A DNA stretch of 64,000 nucleotides from Bacteroides sp. (GTDB lineage Bacteria; Bacteroidota; Bacteroidia; Bacteroidales; Bacteroidaceae), in NCBI GenBank assembly GCA_041855205.1, contig JBHADT010000027.1, positions 42,301 to 106,300 of the forward strand, in the 5' to 3' direction. The notes below the pieces were generated by a model. That model saw only the letters and a program-made list of their open reading frames with translations, had not been told where the DNA came from and did no database searches. Positions 1 through 9,237 of this stretch are shown here, in pieces; within the stretch, counting starts at the first letter, position 1; each line of letters opens with the position of its first letter. The position numbers were made by a program, and so were the translations under genes.

Positions 1-1
1 G

Positions 2-64
2 TTCGCCGCTGAACTGTTGAAACAAGGCAATCAAATCGAAGTGACGATGACAATGCCTAAATAA
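2..64 (+). CDS. 3' end of an unidentified gene entering from the left edge (…FAAELLKQGNQIEVTMTMPK*)
   Basis: Open frame from position 2 to TAA at 62-64, followed by an AT-rich spacer and a strong hairpin; too short to identify. Confidence 0.45.
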   Translation, partial: FAAELLKQGNQIEVTMTMPK

Positions 65-79
65 TATTCTCTTTAAATA

Positions 80-132
80 ACGTATTCATTGCCGGGAGGT
101 ATCAACATGATACCTCCCGGCAATGAATACGT
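80..132. repeat. Perfect 25-bp inverted repeat with 3-nt loop (stem-loop, possible terminator or processing site)
   Basis: acgtattcattgccgggaggtatca-aca-tgatacctcccggcaatgaatacgt; the arms are exact reverse complements; no U-tract follows. Confidence 0.85.
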
Positions 133-164
133 CAACCGCACAATACTTAACAAAACTCATACAC

Positions 165-1655
165 ATGGCTTTATTTTTAGATCTGCGGAGACATGGAATC
201 CTGGCGAATAAACGTAGTCCGATGTACGAAAAAAGCAGATTTGCTAAGTTCTTTATTTATCTCATGGCAGCTTTTTGGGCAGGATACCTGATGTTCTTTG
301 GTATTATGCTCGCTTTCGCGTTTGATGAAGGTCCCGTAGAGCCTTACCACGTTATGAACAAAGGGCTCATCTTTGTGTTGGTGCTCGACTTCATACTCCG
401 TTTTTCGTTCCAGAAGACACCCACACAAGAAGTAAAACCTTATTTACTGCTCCCCATACGGCGCAGTCGTCTCATCGACTTCTTGCTGCTGCGCTCCGGA
501 TTAAGCGGATTCAACCTGTTATGGTTGTTTATGTTTGTACCCTTCGCGCTGATCGCCGTATCCGTTTTTTATGGACTGACCGGGGTAATTACCTATTGCG
601 CGGGAATCTGGTTGCTGATGATAGCCAACAACTACTGGTATCTGCTGTGCCGCACGCTCATAGGTGAAAGCATATGGTGGGCGGCACTTCCTTTATCCGT
701 ATATGGCGCCATCGCAGCTGTCATGTTCATTCCGGAAAAAAGCCTCTGGTTTGATTACTCATTGGCATTGGGCGACGGATTCATCGAGGGCAGCTTCTGG
801 GCTTTTGCTACGGTAGGCATTTGCATCGCACTGTTATGTTTTATCAACCGCAGCATCATAGGCAGACTCGTATATAGCGAAATAAATAAGGTAGAAGACA
901 CCACGGTGAAAAACATCTCTGAATATAGTTTTCTCGACCGTTTTGGCGAATTGGGCGAATACATGCGGTTGGAGTTGAAGATGTTGCTCCGCAACAGGAT
1001 GTGCAAGAATTCGCTGCGCATATCAGTGTTAGTGGTACTCGGTTTCACGCTCTTATTGAGCTTTACCGGCACTTATGACAGTTCGGGGATGAAGAGTTTT
1101 ATTGTGGTTTACAATTTTGCTCTCTTCGGTTTGGCATTCCTTTCTCCTCTTATGGCATACGAAGGCAACTACATAGACAGGCTGATGAGCTGCAAGGAAT
1201 CCATCTACACGCTCTTGCTTGCCAAATACCTTCTGTACAGCGCGGCTTTGCTTATTCCTTTCGTTCTGATGATACCTGCCATCGCTACGGGTAAAATTGT
1301 TTTGCTTACCAGCATCTCATGGATGTTCTATTGTATGGGACCTTTCTACTTTGGCTTGTTTCAGTTGGCGGTTTACAACAACCGTACCTTTAACCTGAAC
1401 AGTAAAGTCATCAGTCGCCAGGGTATGGGCACGGGCATGCAGAATCTCATAGGGATGATTTCGTTCGGTTTTCCTCTACTGCTGAATGCCGTGCTTGTCG
1501 CACTTATCGGACAGACCAACACCTCATGGGTATTGATAGTCATAGGAGGCACCTTCATCGTTACATCCCGTTTCTGGTTGAAGAACATTTACCGGAGATT
1601 CATGAAACGCAGATACAAGAACATGGAAAGTTTCAGAGACAGCAGACAGAAATAA
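165..1655 (+). CDS. Multi-pass membrane protein, putative ABC exporter permease (DUF5687-like)
   Basis: Many hydrophobic segments in two repeated halves, directly upstream of an ABC ATPase. Start moved to ATG 165 (MALFLDLR) because ATG 123 lies inside the hairpin. Confidence 0.75.
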   Translation: MALFLDLRRHGILANKRSPMYEKSRFAKFFIYLMAAFWAGYLMFFGIMLAFAFDEGPVEPYHVMNKGLIFVLVLDFILRFSFQKTPTQEVKPYLLLPIRRSRLIDFLLLRSGLSGFNLLWLFMFVPFALIAVSVFYGLTGVITYCAGIWLLMIANNYWYLLCRTLIGESIWWAALPLSVYGAIAAVMFIPEKSLWFDYSLALGDGFIEGSFWAFATVGICIALLCFINRSIIGRLVYSEINKVEDTTVKNISEYSFLDRFGELGEYMRLELKMLLRNRMCKNSLRISVLVVLGFTLLLSFTGTYDSSGMKSFIVVYNFALFGLAFLSPLMAYEGNYIDRLMSCKESIYTLLLAKYLLYSAALLIPFVLMIPAIATGKIVLLTSISWMFYCMGPFYFGLFQLAVYNNRTFNLNSKVISRQGMGTGMQNLIGMISFGFPLLLNAVLVALIGQTNTSWVLIVIGGTFIVTSRFWLKNIYRRFMKRRYKNMESFRDSRQK

Positions 1656-1680
1656 TATTCCTCGCAAACAAATTACAGAT

Positions 1681-2484
1681 ATGATAAGCATTCAACAATT
1701 ACAAAAGAACTTCGGTAATAAAAGAGCCGTAGACATCGAACAATATGATATTCAACCGGGCGAGATGATAGGACTCGTAGGCAACAACGGAGCGGGAAAG
1801 ACAACCCTCTTCAGGTTGATACTTGATTTATTACAAGCAGACAGGGGCTCTATAACAGTCAATGACATAAACGTCAGCCAAAGCGAAGAATGGAAACAGT
1901 TTACCGGCGCATTCATCGACGATGGTTTCTTGATAGATTACCTCACACCCGAAGAATATTTCTACTTCATAGGCAAGATATACGGACTTAAAAAGGAGGA
2001 AGTAAACGAACGTCTGCTCCCCTTTGAACGCTTCATGAACAATGAAGTGCTGGGACAGAAAAAATATATCCGCAACTTCTCTGCGGGAAACAAGCAAAAG
2101 ATAGGTATCATAGCGGCTATGATACACCATCCACGCATATTGATACTGGACGAGCCGTTCAACTTTCTCGATCCCAGTTCGCAGACGGTTATCAAACATC
2201 TGCTGAAGAAGTACAACGAGGAACACCAAGCCACCATCATACTCTCCAGTCACAACCTGAACCACACCGTAGATATATGCTCGCGCATAGCTCTGATGGA
2301 GAACGGCGTGCTTCTCCGCGATATCCGCAATATCGACAATTCCGCAAAGAAGGAACTGGAAAGTTATTTTAACGGTGTGGTGGAAGAAACTCTCACAAGA
2401 GAAAACCTCACAGAAGAAAAGGCAGATAAAGCTACCGCTGCAACTCATATTGAAAGTGAATCCGACTCTGAAGGGAAAGAATAA
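1681..2484 (+). CDS. ABC transporter ATP-binding protein
   Basis: Walker A GNNGAGKT, signature FSAGNKQK, Walker B ILILDEP, H-loop SSH. Confidence 0.93.
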   Translation: MISIQQLQKNFGNKRAVDIEQYDIQPGEMIGLVGNNGAGKTTLFRLILDLLQADRGSITVNDINVSQSEEWKQFTGAFIDDGFLIDYLTPEEYFYFIGKIYGLKKEEVNERLLPFERFMNNEVLGQKKYIRNFSAGNKQKIGIIAAMIHHPRILILDEPFNFLDPSSQTVIKHLLKKYNEEHQATIILSSHNLNHTVDICSRIALMENGVLLRDIRNIDNSAKKELESYFNGVVEETLTRENLTEEKADKATAATHIESESDSEGKE

Positions 2485-2553
2485 AATAAAGCAAGTTTTA
2501 TACCGATTCCATGAATAAATGAGTACGGAAAAGCTAAAAAAACGGTTATTTAT

Positions 2554-2583
2554 TTTGCATACAATAAAAAAACGCTACTTTTG
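2554..2583 (+). promoter_or_regulatory. Bacteroidetes primary-sigma promoter of the phe/tyr operon
   Basis: TTTG at 2554-2557 (-33) and TACTTTTG at 2576-2583 (-7, TAnnTTTG consensus), 18 nt apart. Confidence 0.75.
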
Positions 2584-2617
2584 CATCCAAATTAAAACAA
2601 AAAGCGAGTAAAAACTC

Positions 2618-2701
2618 ATGAATCTGTTTACCTACGCATATTACTTCTTTTATTTTTACTTTAGCAACAAAGTAGAACGGGAGTTTGTATGTGTCAAGTG
2701 A
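2618..2701 (+). CDS. Phe/Tyr-rich attenuator leader peptide, 27 aa (MNLFTYAYYFFYFYFSNKVEREFVCVK)
   Basis: ATG 2618 to TGA 2699-2701 after an A-rich leader; 6 Phe + 5 Tyr codons, with YYFFYFYF consecutive; lies between the promoter and a terminator upstream of pheA. Confidence 0.85.
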   Translation: MNLFTYAYYFFYFYFSNKVEREFVCVK

Positions 2702-2743
2702 CAGTGATGCTTAAGAACAGAAATAAAATCAAAGGACAATATG

Positions 2744-2783
2744 AATCCCGTTCCCATACTCTGGAAACGGGATTTTCTTTTTT
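2744..2783 (+). terminator. Intrinsic terminator (attenuator) upstream of pheA
   Basis: aatcccgttccca-tactc-tggaaacgggatt followed by ttctttttt; its 5' arm can instead pair with leader sequence 2675-2695. Confidence 0.85.
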
Positions 2784-2790
2784 AACGTAT

Positions 2791-3639
2791 ATGAAGAAAG
2801 TAGCCATACAAGGAACATTAGGCTCGTTTCACGACATTGCCGCACACAATTATTTCGAGGGGGAAGATATCGAATTGATTTGTTGCTCCACGTTCGAGGA
2901 TGTTTTCGTCTCCATTCGTGCAGATAACCGCACCATAGGGTTGCTTGCCATAGAAAACACCATAGCCGGAAGCCTGCTGCAAAACAATGAATTGCTGCGC
3001 GAAAGCGGAACGCAAATAATAGGAGAGTACAAACTGCGCATTTCGCACTGTTTCGTATGTCTGCCCGAGGAAGATTGGCATGACATTACCGAGGTAAACT
3101 CGCATCCCATCGCCCTGATGCAATGCCGTGAATTTCTATCGAAACACCCTCACATAAAGGTGGTAGAAGGGGAAGACACCGCCCGCAGCGCGGAAATCAT
3201 ACGGGAAAAGAACCTGAAAGGGCATGCCGCCATCTGCTCGCGCGCCGCAGCCGAGCGTTACGGAATGAAGATACTTCAGGAAGGCATCGAGACCAACAAG
3301 CACAATTTTACACGCTTCCTGATTGTTGCCGATCCGTGGCAGGTAGACGAACTGCGTCGCTATCCCTACCCCACTGTCAACAAGGCGAACATCGTATTTA
3401 CACTACCACACACCGAAGGTAGCCTATCGCAGGTGCTGTCCATTCTGTCGTTCTATCGTATCAATCTCACCAAAATACAATCTCTGCCCATCATCGGACG
3501 GGAATGGGAATACCAATTCTACGTAGACATCGTGTTCGATGACATCCTCAGATATAAACAAGCCATAGCGGCAATCACCCCTCTCATCAAACAACTAAAG
3601 ATATTAGGAGAATATGCAGAAGGCAAATCAAAGCTCTAA
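2791..3639 (+). CDS. pheA: Prephenate dehydratase (PDT + ACT domain)
   Basis: MKKVAIQGTLGSFH start, IENTIAGS, SHPIALMQC, NFTRF, INLTKIQSLP motifs. Start moved from 2689 to 2791. Confidence 0.93.
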   Translation: MKKVAIQGTLGSFHDIAAHNYFEGEDIELICCSTFEDVFVSIRADNRTIGLLAIENTIAGSLLQNNELLRESGTQIIGEYKLRISHCFVCLPEEDWHDITEVNSHPIALMQCREFLSKHPHIKVVEGEDTARSAEIIREKNLKGHAAICSRAAAERYGMKILQEGIETNKHNFTRFLIVADPWQVDELRRYPYPTVNKANIVFTLPHTEGSLSQVLSILSFYRINLTKIQSLPIIGREWEYQFYVDIVFDDILRYKQAIAAITPLIKQLKILGEYAEGKSKL

Positions 3640-4816
3640 GATAAAAGCCGCCGAGCGGCTGAACGGCGTAAGCGAATACTACTTCTCGAAGAAACTGAAA
3701 GAGGTGGCACAAATGAACGCCGAAGGAAAAGACATCATCAGTCTGGGAATAGGAAGCCCCGACCTTCCTCCTGCCGACAGCACAGTGGAAACCCTGTGCA
3801 GAGAGGCTCAACGTGCCAACGGACACGGATATATGCCCTACACAGGGATTCCGGAACTGCGCCGCGCGTTTGCCGGATGGTACCGGCGGTGGTTCAACGT
3901 GGAACTGGATGCAGAGAAAGAGATATTGCCGCTCATCGGTTCGAAAGAAGGCATCCTGCACATCACGCTCGCGTTTGTCAATCCCGGCGAACAGGTGCTG
4001 GTGCCCAATCCGGGATATCCTACCTATACCTCACTAAGCCGGATTCTGGGTGCGGAGGTGGTTTACTATGACCTACGGGAAGAAAACGGCTGGATGCCCG
4101 ACTTCGATGCGTTGGAAAAGATGGATATGAGCCGTGTGAAGTTGATGTGGACCAACTACCCGCACATGCCCACCGGAGCCAACGCCACGCCGGAACTGTA
4201 TGCCCGTCTGGTAGAACTGGCACAAAGAAAAGACATCGTCATCGTAAATGACAATCCATACAGTTTTATCCTGAACGAGCATCCTCTCAGCATACTTGCC
4301 ACACCGGGAGCCAAAGCACACTGCATCGAACTGAACTCTATGAGCAAAAGCCATAATATGCCGGGGTGGCGCATCGGGATGCTTGCCGGCAACGAGGACT
4401 TCGTGCAATGGATACTGAAAGTAAAAAGTAACATAGACAGCGGTATGTTCCGCGCCATGCAAATGGCGGCTGCCGATGCACTGGGAGCGGAAGGCGAATG
4501 GTATACCGGAAACAACACCAATTACCGTAAGCGCAGGGTACTGGCAGGAGAAATCATGCAGACACTCGGTTGCAGTTACGACGAGGGACAGACAGGCATG
4601 TTTTTGTGGGGACGGATACCGGAAGTGTGCGACAATGTGGAGACTCTGACCGAGGAGGTGCTGCACAAGGCGCGGGTGTTCATCACGCCGGGATTCATTT
4701 TCGGCAGCAACGGAGCACGATACATACGCCTTTCGCTATGTTGTCCGGAAGAAAGGCTTTCCGAAGCGCTGAAACGCATCAGGCAGATGCAAGAAGAGAA
4801 AACAGGCAGGCAATAG
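3614..4816 (+). CDS. PLP-dependent class I/II aminotransferase (probable aromatic amino acid or prephenate aminotransferase)
   Basis: LGIGSPD, NYPHMPTG, DNPY, SMSKSHNMPGWRIG motifs; overlaps the pheA stop; operon context. Confidence 0.88.
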   Translation: MQKANQSSKIKAAERLNGVSEYYFSKKLKEVAQMNAEGKDIISLGIGSPDLPPADSTVETLCREAQRANGHGYMPYTGIPELRRAFAGWYRRWFNVELDAEKEILPLIGSKEGILHITLAFVNPGEQVLVPNPGYPTYTSLSRILGAEVVYYDLREENGWMPDFDALEKMDMSRVKLMWTNYPHMPTGANATPELYARLVELAQRKDIVIVNDNPYSFILNEHPLSILATPGAKAHCIELNSMSKSHNMPGWRIGMLAGNEDFVQWILKVKSNIDSGMFRAMQMAAADALGAEGEWYTGNNTNYRKRRVLAGEIMQTLGCSYDEGQTGMFLWGRIPEVCDNVETLTEEVLHKARVFITPGFIFGSNGARYIRLSLCCPEERLSEALKRIRQMQEEKTGRQ

Positions 4817-4915
4817 CCGTCGTCGCAACAAAAGGAGAATATACCGGAAAGAAAACGGATTCCGGGAAAGAAACAAAGAATCGGAAAAGTATAATATTTT
4901 AAAAAACGAACGAAT

Positions 4916-5980
4916 ATGGAACTCGAATTAAAACCAATCTTACTGCCGGGTGTGGAGGATAAACGACCAATCGTGATTGCCGGTCCGTGTAGCGCCGAAA
5001 CGGAAGAACAAGTAATGTCTACCGCCAAAGAATTGGCGGACAAGGGAATTAAAATATTCCGTGCGGGTATCTGGAAACCGCGCACCAAGCCCGGCGGATT
5101 CGAGGGCGTGGGAGTAGATGGTCTGGCATGGTTGAAAACCGTGAAGCAGGAGACGGGCATGTACGTATCTACCGAAGTGGCAACTGCCAAACATGTGTAT
5201 GAATCGCTGAAAGCAGGTATGGATATGCTTTGGATAGGCGCCCGCACTACCGCCAACCCATTTGCCGTACAGGAAATAGCCGATGCGCTGAAGGGAGTGG
5301 ATATACCCGTGCTGATAAAGAATCCGGTGAATCCGGATCTCGAACTGTGGATAGGTGCGTTGGAACGTGTGCACAATGCGGGATTGCAACGGTTGGGTGT
5401 CATCCATCGCGGATTCAGTTCGTACGACAAGAAGATATACCGCAACCTGCCTCAATGGCACATCCCCATCGAACTGCGCCGCCGTATCCCTTCGCTCCCC
5501 ATCATTTGCGACCCCAGTCACATCGGAGGGAAGCGCGAGCTGATAGCTCCAATCAGCCAACAAGCCATGGATCTCGGGTTCAACGGACTGATAGTGGAAA
5601 GCCACTGCAACCCCGACTGCGCATGGAGCGATGCCGCACAGCAGGTAACACCGGACGTGTTGGACTACATACTCAATCTGCTCGTCATACGCAAAGAAGT
5701 GCAAAGTACGGAGAATCTCAGCCAACTACGCAAACAGATAGACGAATGTGACAACAACCTCATACAAGAGCTGGCAAAGCGAATGCGGATAGCACGGGAA
5801 ATCGGTCTGTTCAAGAAAGAACACGGCATGACCATCCTCCAGACGGGACGATACAGCGAGATTCTGGAAAAACGCGGTTCGCAAGGCGCCCTTTGCGGAA
5901 TGGATGCAGAGTTCGTGAAGAAAGTGTTCGAAGCCATTCACGAAGAAAGCGTAAGACAACAGATGGAGGTTATCAACTAA
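4916..5980 (+). CDS. Bifunctional DAHP synthase (type I-beta) / chorismate mutase (AroQ)
   Basis: IAGPCSAE, KPRT, IGART, DPSH motifs; C-terminal LRKQIDECD…R…IG…K chorismate mutase domain. Confidence 0.92.
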   Translation: MELELKPILLPGVEDKRPIVIAGPCSAETEEQVMSTAKELADKGIKIFRAGIWKPRTKPGGFEGVGVDGLAWLKTVKQETGMYVSTEVATAKHVYESLKAGMDMLWIGARTTANPFAVQEIADALKGVDIPVLIKNPVNPDLELWIGALERVHNAGLQRLGVIHRGFSSYDKKIYRNLPQWHIPIELRRRIPSLPIICDPSHIGGKRELIAPISQQAMDLGFNGLIVESHCNPDCAWSDAAQQVTPDVLDYILNLLVIRKEVQSTENLSQLRKQIDECDNNLIQELAKRMRIAREIGLFKKEHGMTILQTGRYSEILEKRGSQGALCGMDAEFVKKVFEAIHEESVRQQMEVIN

Positions 5981-6025
5981 CAGACATGCAACCATTCAGG
6001 TCGCTGTTTTTCAAAATATACAACA

Positions 6026-6799
6026 ATGAGAATCCTGATACTCGGAGCCGGAAAAATAGGCTCATTCTTTACAGACATACTCAGTTTTCAGCACGAAACT
6101 GCCGTGTACGACGTCAACCCGCACCAGTTGAGGTTTGTGTACAACACCTACCGTTTCACCACATTGGACGAAATCAAGGAGTTCGAACCCGAGTTGGTAA
6201 TCAACGCCGTCACAATGAAATACACGCTCGACGCGTTTCGTACCGTATTGCCCATGCTTCCCAAAGACTGCATCATCAGCGATGTGGCTTCGGTGAAAAC
6301 CGGCTTGAAACGTTTTTATGCCGAAAGCGGCTTCCGGTACGTATCCACCCATCCGATGTTCGGTCCCACCTTTGCCAGTCTGAGTAATCTGAGCAACGAA
6401 AACGCCATCATCATCAGCGAAGGAGACCATATGGGGAAGATATTCTTCAAAGACCTCTACCAGACACTGCACCTGAATATCTTTGAATACAGTTTCGAGG
6501 AGCACGACGACACGGTGGCATATTCGCTCTCCATACCGTTCGTTTCAACTTTCGTATTCGCCGCCGTGATGAAACATCAGGAGGCTCCCGGTACCACTTT
6601 CAAGAAACACATGGCGATTGCCAAAGGATTGCTGAACGAAGACGACTACCTGTTACAGGAAATCCTCTTCAACCCGCGCACCTCACCGCAGGTCGAGAAT
6701 ATCCGCCTTGAACTGAAACGGCTGCTGGAAATCATTAACGGAAAAGATGCCGAGGGGATGAAAAAATTCCTTGCCCGAATCAGGGAAAACCTTAAATAA
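6026..6799 (+). CDS. tyrA: Prephenate/arogenate dehydrogenase
   Basis: Rossmann GAGKIG, DVASVK, HPMFGP, EEHD motifs. Confidence 0.9.
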   Translation: MRILILGAGKIGSFFTDILSFQHETAVYDVNPHQLRFVYNTYRFTTLDEIKEFEPELVINAVTMKYTLDAFRTVLPMLPKDCIISDVASVKTGLKRFYAESGFRYVSTHPMFGPTFASLSNLSNENAIIISEGDHMGKIFFKDLYQTLHLNIFEYSFEEHDDTVAYSLSIPFVSTFVFAAVMKHQEAPGTTFKKHMAIAKGLLNEDDYLLQEILFNPRTSPQVENIRLELKRLLEIINGKDAEGMKKFLARIRENLK

Positions 6800-6800
6800 C

Positions 6801-6970
6801 GGAAGTCCGGAAATCATCCCATCGGGGTGATTCCCGCGTCTGTCGCAAGCCCCGGAGAGGTTCGCAGTATATCCGGAGAACGGTACAAACACGGTACCCG
6901 AACCACACAGGCATGGTATTCGAACCGAACGGGCACGGTTCCTCGTACCACACGGGCGTGGTGCGAGGGT
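6801..6970 (+). repeat. Dispersed intergenic repeat, copy A (left arm + 22/23-bp tandem units)
   Basis: About 80% identical by hand count over 122 ungapped nt to the reverse complement of 21632-21805; unit anchors at 6878, 6900, 6922, 6945. Confidence 0.85.
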
Positions 6971-6980
6971 GAAAAGTTAA

Positions 6981-7012
6981 TTTGGCGAACCTTGATTTTA
7001 TGTATACATTTG
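6981..7012 (+). promoter_or_regulatory. Promoter of dnaG
   Basis: TTTG at 6981-6984 and TACATTTG at 7005-7012, 20 nt apart. Confidence 0.75.
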
Positions 7013-7041
7013 TAGAGGCAAAATGAAATAGAGATAAGGGC

Positions 7042-9129
7042 ATGATAGATCAGGCTACTATAGACCGTATATTGGATGCGACGCAGATAGTGGATGTCGT
7101 ATCGGACTTCGTCACCCTGCGCAAACGGGGGGTGAACTACGTAGGTCTGTGCCCTTTTCACGACGACAAAACACCCTCGTTTTATGTCTCACCCGCCAAA
7201 GGACTGTGCAAATGTTTTGCCTGCGGACAAGGGGGAAATGCCGTGCACTTCATCATGGCGCACGAGCAGTTGACATATCCCGAGGCGTTGAAATATCTTG
7301 CAAAAAAATATGGCATAGAAATCAAGGAACGGGAACTCTCGGAAGAGGAGAAGCAGATGCAAAGCGAACGGGAAAGCCTGTTTATCGTCAACAACTTCGC
7401 GCGCGACTACTTCCGGAACATACTCAAGAATCATGTAGACGGGAGAAGCATCGGCATGGCATATCTCAGGCAACGGGGATTCAGAGACGACATCATCGAG
7501 AAATTCCAACTGGGCTACTCCACCGAAAGCCACGACGCGCTGGCAAAAGAAGCTACCCAAAAGGGATTTAAAGCGGAATATCTCATCAAAACCGGACTTT
7601 GCTATGAAACGGACGATCACCGGTTGAGAGACCGCTTCTGGGGACGGGTGATTTTTCCCGTACACACGCTATCGGGCAAGGTGGTGGCGTTCGGGGGAAG
7701 AGTGCTCAGCAATCAGACTAAAGGAGTAAAGGTAAAATACGTAAACTCTCCCGAATCGGAAATCTACCACAAGAGCAACGAACTCTACGGCATCTACTTC
7801 GCCAAACAGGCTATCGTAAAGCAAGACCGCTGCTATCTTGTGGAGGGATACACGGATGTAATTTCCATGCATCAGTCCGGCGTGGAGAATGTGGTGGCTT
7901 CATCGGGTACCGCACTCACACCGGGACAGATACGCATGATTCATCGCTTCACCAACAACATCACCGTGCTTTATGACGGCGACGTTGCGGGCATCAAGGC
8001 ATCGTTGAGGGGAATCGACATGCTGCTCGAAGAGGGCATGAACATCAAGGTGTGCTTGCTGCCCGACGGAGAAGACCCCGACTCCTTCGCCCGGAAACAC
8101 AATGCCACGGAGTTTCGCGCATTCATCGACAGCAACGAAACGGACTTCATCCGCTTCAAAACCAACCTGTTGTTGCAGGATGCGGGAAAGGATCCCATCA
8201 AACGTGCGGAACTCATTTCCAATCTGGTACAAAGCATCTCAGTGATTCCCGAACCCATTGTAAGAGATGTGTACATCAAGGAGTGCGCACAACTGCTGCA
8301 TCTGGAAGACAGGTTGCTGGTGTCCGAGGTTGCCAAACGGCGGGAAGCACAGGCTGAGAAGCAAGCCGAAAAAGAAAATCGCGAACGCAAAGTCTCTCCC
8401 ATCCGAGCGCAAGACCAACAGATACCTATCGGCAACAATAACATGCCGGCAGAAATGGAACCGGGTACTGCCTACTCCACCGAAAACCTTCCGGGCGAAG
8501 AGACTTCCAATACCTCCGCCTCGCCAACCGAAAGCTATATGTCTTTCATTCCTCAGGAGGGGAAAGAAGGACAGGAGTTTTATCTCTACGAGCGTCTCAT
8601 TCTGCAGATGGTAGTGCGATATGGCGAACGTGTCATGTGTCACATCACAGACGAGAAAGGACAAGAAATACCTGTCACCGTCACAGAATATGTAATAGGA
8701 GATTTACAGGAGGATGAACTCTCTTTTCACAACCCGCTTCACAGACAGATGCTATCGGAAGCGGGCGAACGCATACACAAGGAGGGATTTATTGCCGAAC
8801 GGTATTTCCTTACTCATCAGAATCCCGTTATTAGTAAATTGAGTACGGAACTGGTAAGCGAACGTTACCAGTTGAGCAAGTACCACTTCAAAGCTCAAAA
8901 ACCGGTTACGGATGAAGAACGATTGTACGAACTGGTCCCCACATTGATGATCAGTTTCAAGTATGCCATCGTCAGCGAAGAACTGAAGCATATGATGCTC
9001 GCCTTACAAAATCCCGCCATAGCCAATGACGATGAACAATGCAATGCGCTCATGACGCGGTACAGTGAATTACGTGGAGTACAAAGCATAATGGCGAAAA
9101 GATTGGGAGACAGGGTGGTACTTCCTTGA
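7042..9129 (+). CDS. dnaG: DNA primase
   Basis: CHC2 zinc finger CPFHDDKTPS…CFAC, KYVNSPES, TOPRIM VEGYTD and YDGDVAG. Confidence 0.97.
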   Translation: MIDQATIDRILDATQIVDVVSDFVTLRKRGVNYVGLCPFHDDKTPSFYVSPAKGLCKCFACGQGGNAVHFIMAHEQLTYPEALKYLAKKYGIEIKERELSEEEKQMQSERESLFIVNNFARDYFRNILKNHVDGRSIGMAYLRQRGFRDDIIEKFQLGYSTESHDALAKEATQKGFKAEYLIKTGLCYETDDHRLRDRFWGRVIFPVHTLSGKVVAFGGRVLSNQTKGVKVKYVNSPESEIYHKSNELYGIYFAKQAIVKQDRCYLVEGYTDVISMHQSGVENVVASSGTALTPGQIRMIHRFTNNITVLYDGDVAGIKASLRGIDMLLEEGMNIKVCLLPDGEDPDSFARKHNATEFRAFIDSNETDFIRFKTNLLLQDAGKDPIKRAELISNLVQSISVIPEPIVRDVYIKECAQLLHLEDRLLVSEVAKRREAQAEKQAEKENRERKVSPIRAQDQQIPIGNNNMPAEMEPGTAYSTENLPGEETSNTSASPTESYMSFIPQEGKEGQEFYLYERLILQMVVRYGERVMCHITDEKGQEIPVTVTEYVIGDLQEDELSFHNPLHRQMLSEAGERIHKEGFIAERYFLTHQNPVISKLSTELVSERYQLSKYHFKAQKPVTDEERLYELVPTLMISFKYAIVSEELKHMMLALQNPAIANDDEQCNALMTRYSELRGVQSIMAKRLGDRVVLP

Positions 9130-9237
9130 ATAAAATGTCACGAAAAAAGCCTCTGTTATCCGCCCAAAGAAACAAAAAGGAAGAAAGGCTGCCCCGGCAG
9201 GGACAGAGCGAAAATAAGAGAATGCGGAAGACAGACG

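Noticed and set aside
2689-2790. N-terminal extension of PheA in the ORF track
   Set aside because: It runs through the leader peptide and the attenuator hairpin; domain similarity begins at MKKVAIQG (2791).
4817-4915. Short ccggaaagaaa-like direct repeats between the aminotransferase and DAHP synthase genes
   Set aside because: Low-complexity purine-rich sequence with 2-3 imperfect copies; not distinguishable from chance.
6878-6967. CRISPR array interpretation of the periodic repeats
   Set aside because: Units are directly tandem and degenerate, with no unique spacers and no cas genes in the window.
6814-7161. ORF-track peptides that resemble each other (VPVRFEYHACVVRVP… at 6814-7161, VPVRFEYHTCAVRVP… at 21651-21851, VWFDYRACVV at 61046-61477)
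   Set aside because: They are translations of the dispersed DNA repeat. The 22-nt period is not a multiple of 3, starts and stops are not shared, and two overlap real genes on the opposite strand.
8340-8570. Low-complexity segment in DnaG as an intein or mobile insertion
   Set aside because: No intein splice motifs or endonuclease signature; it fits a variable linker before the C-terminal domain.
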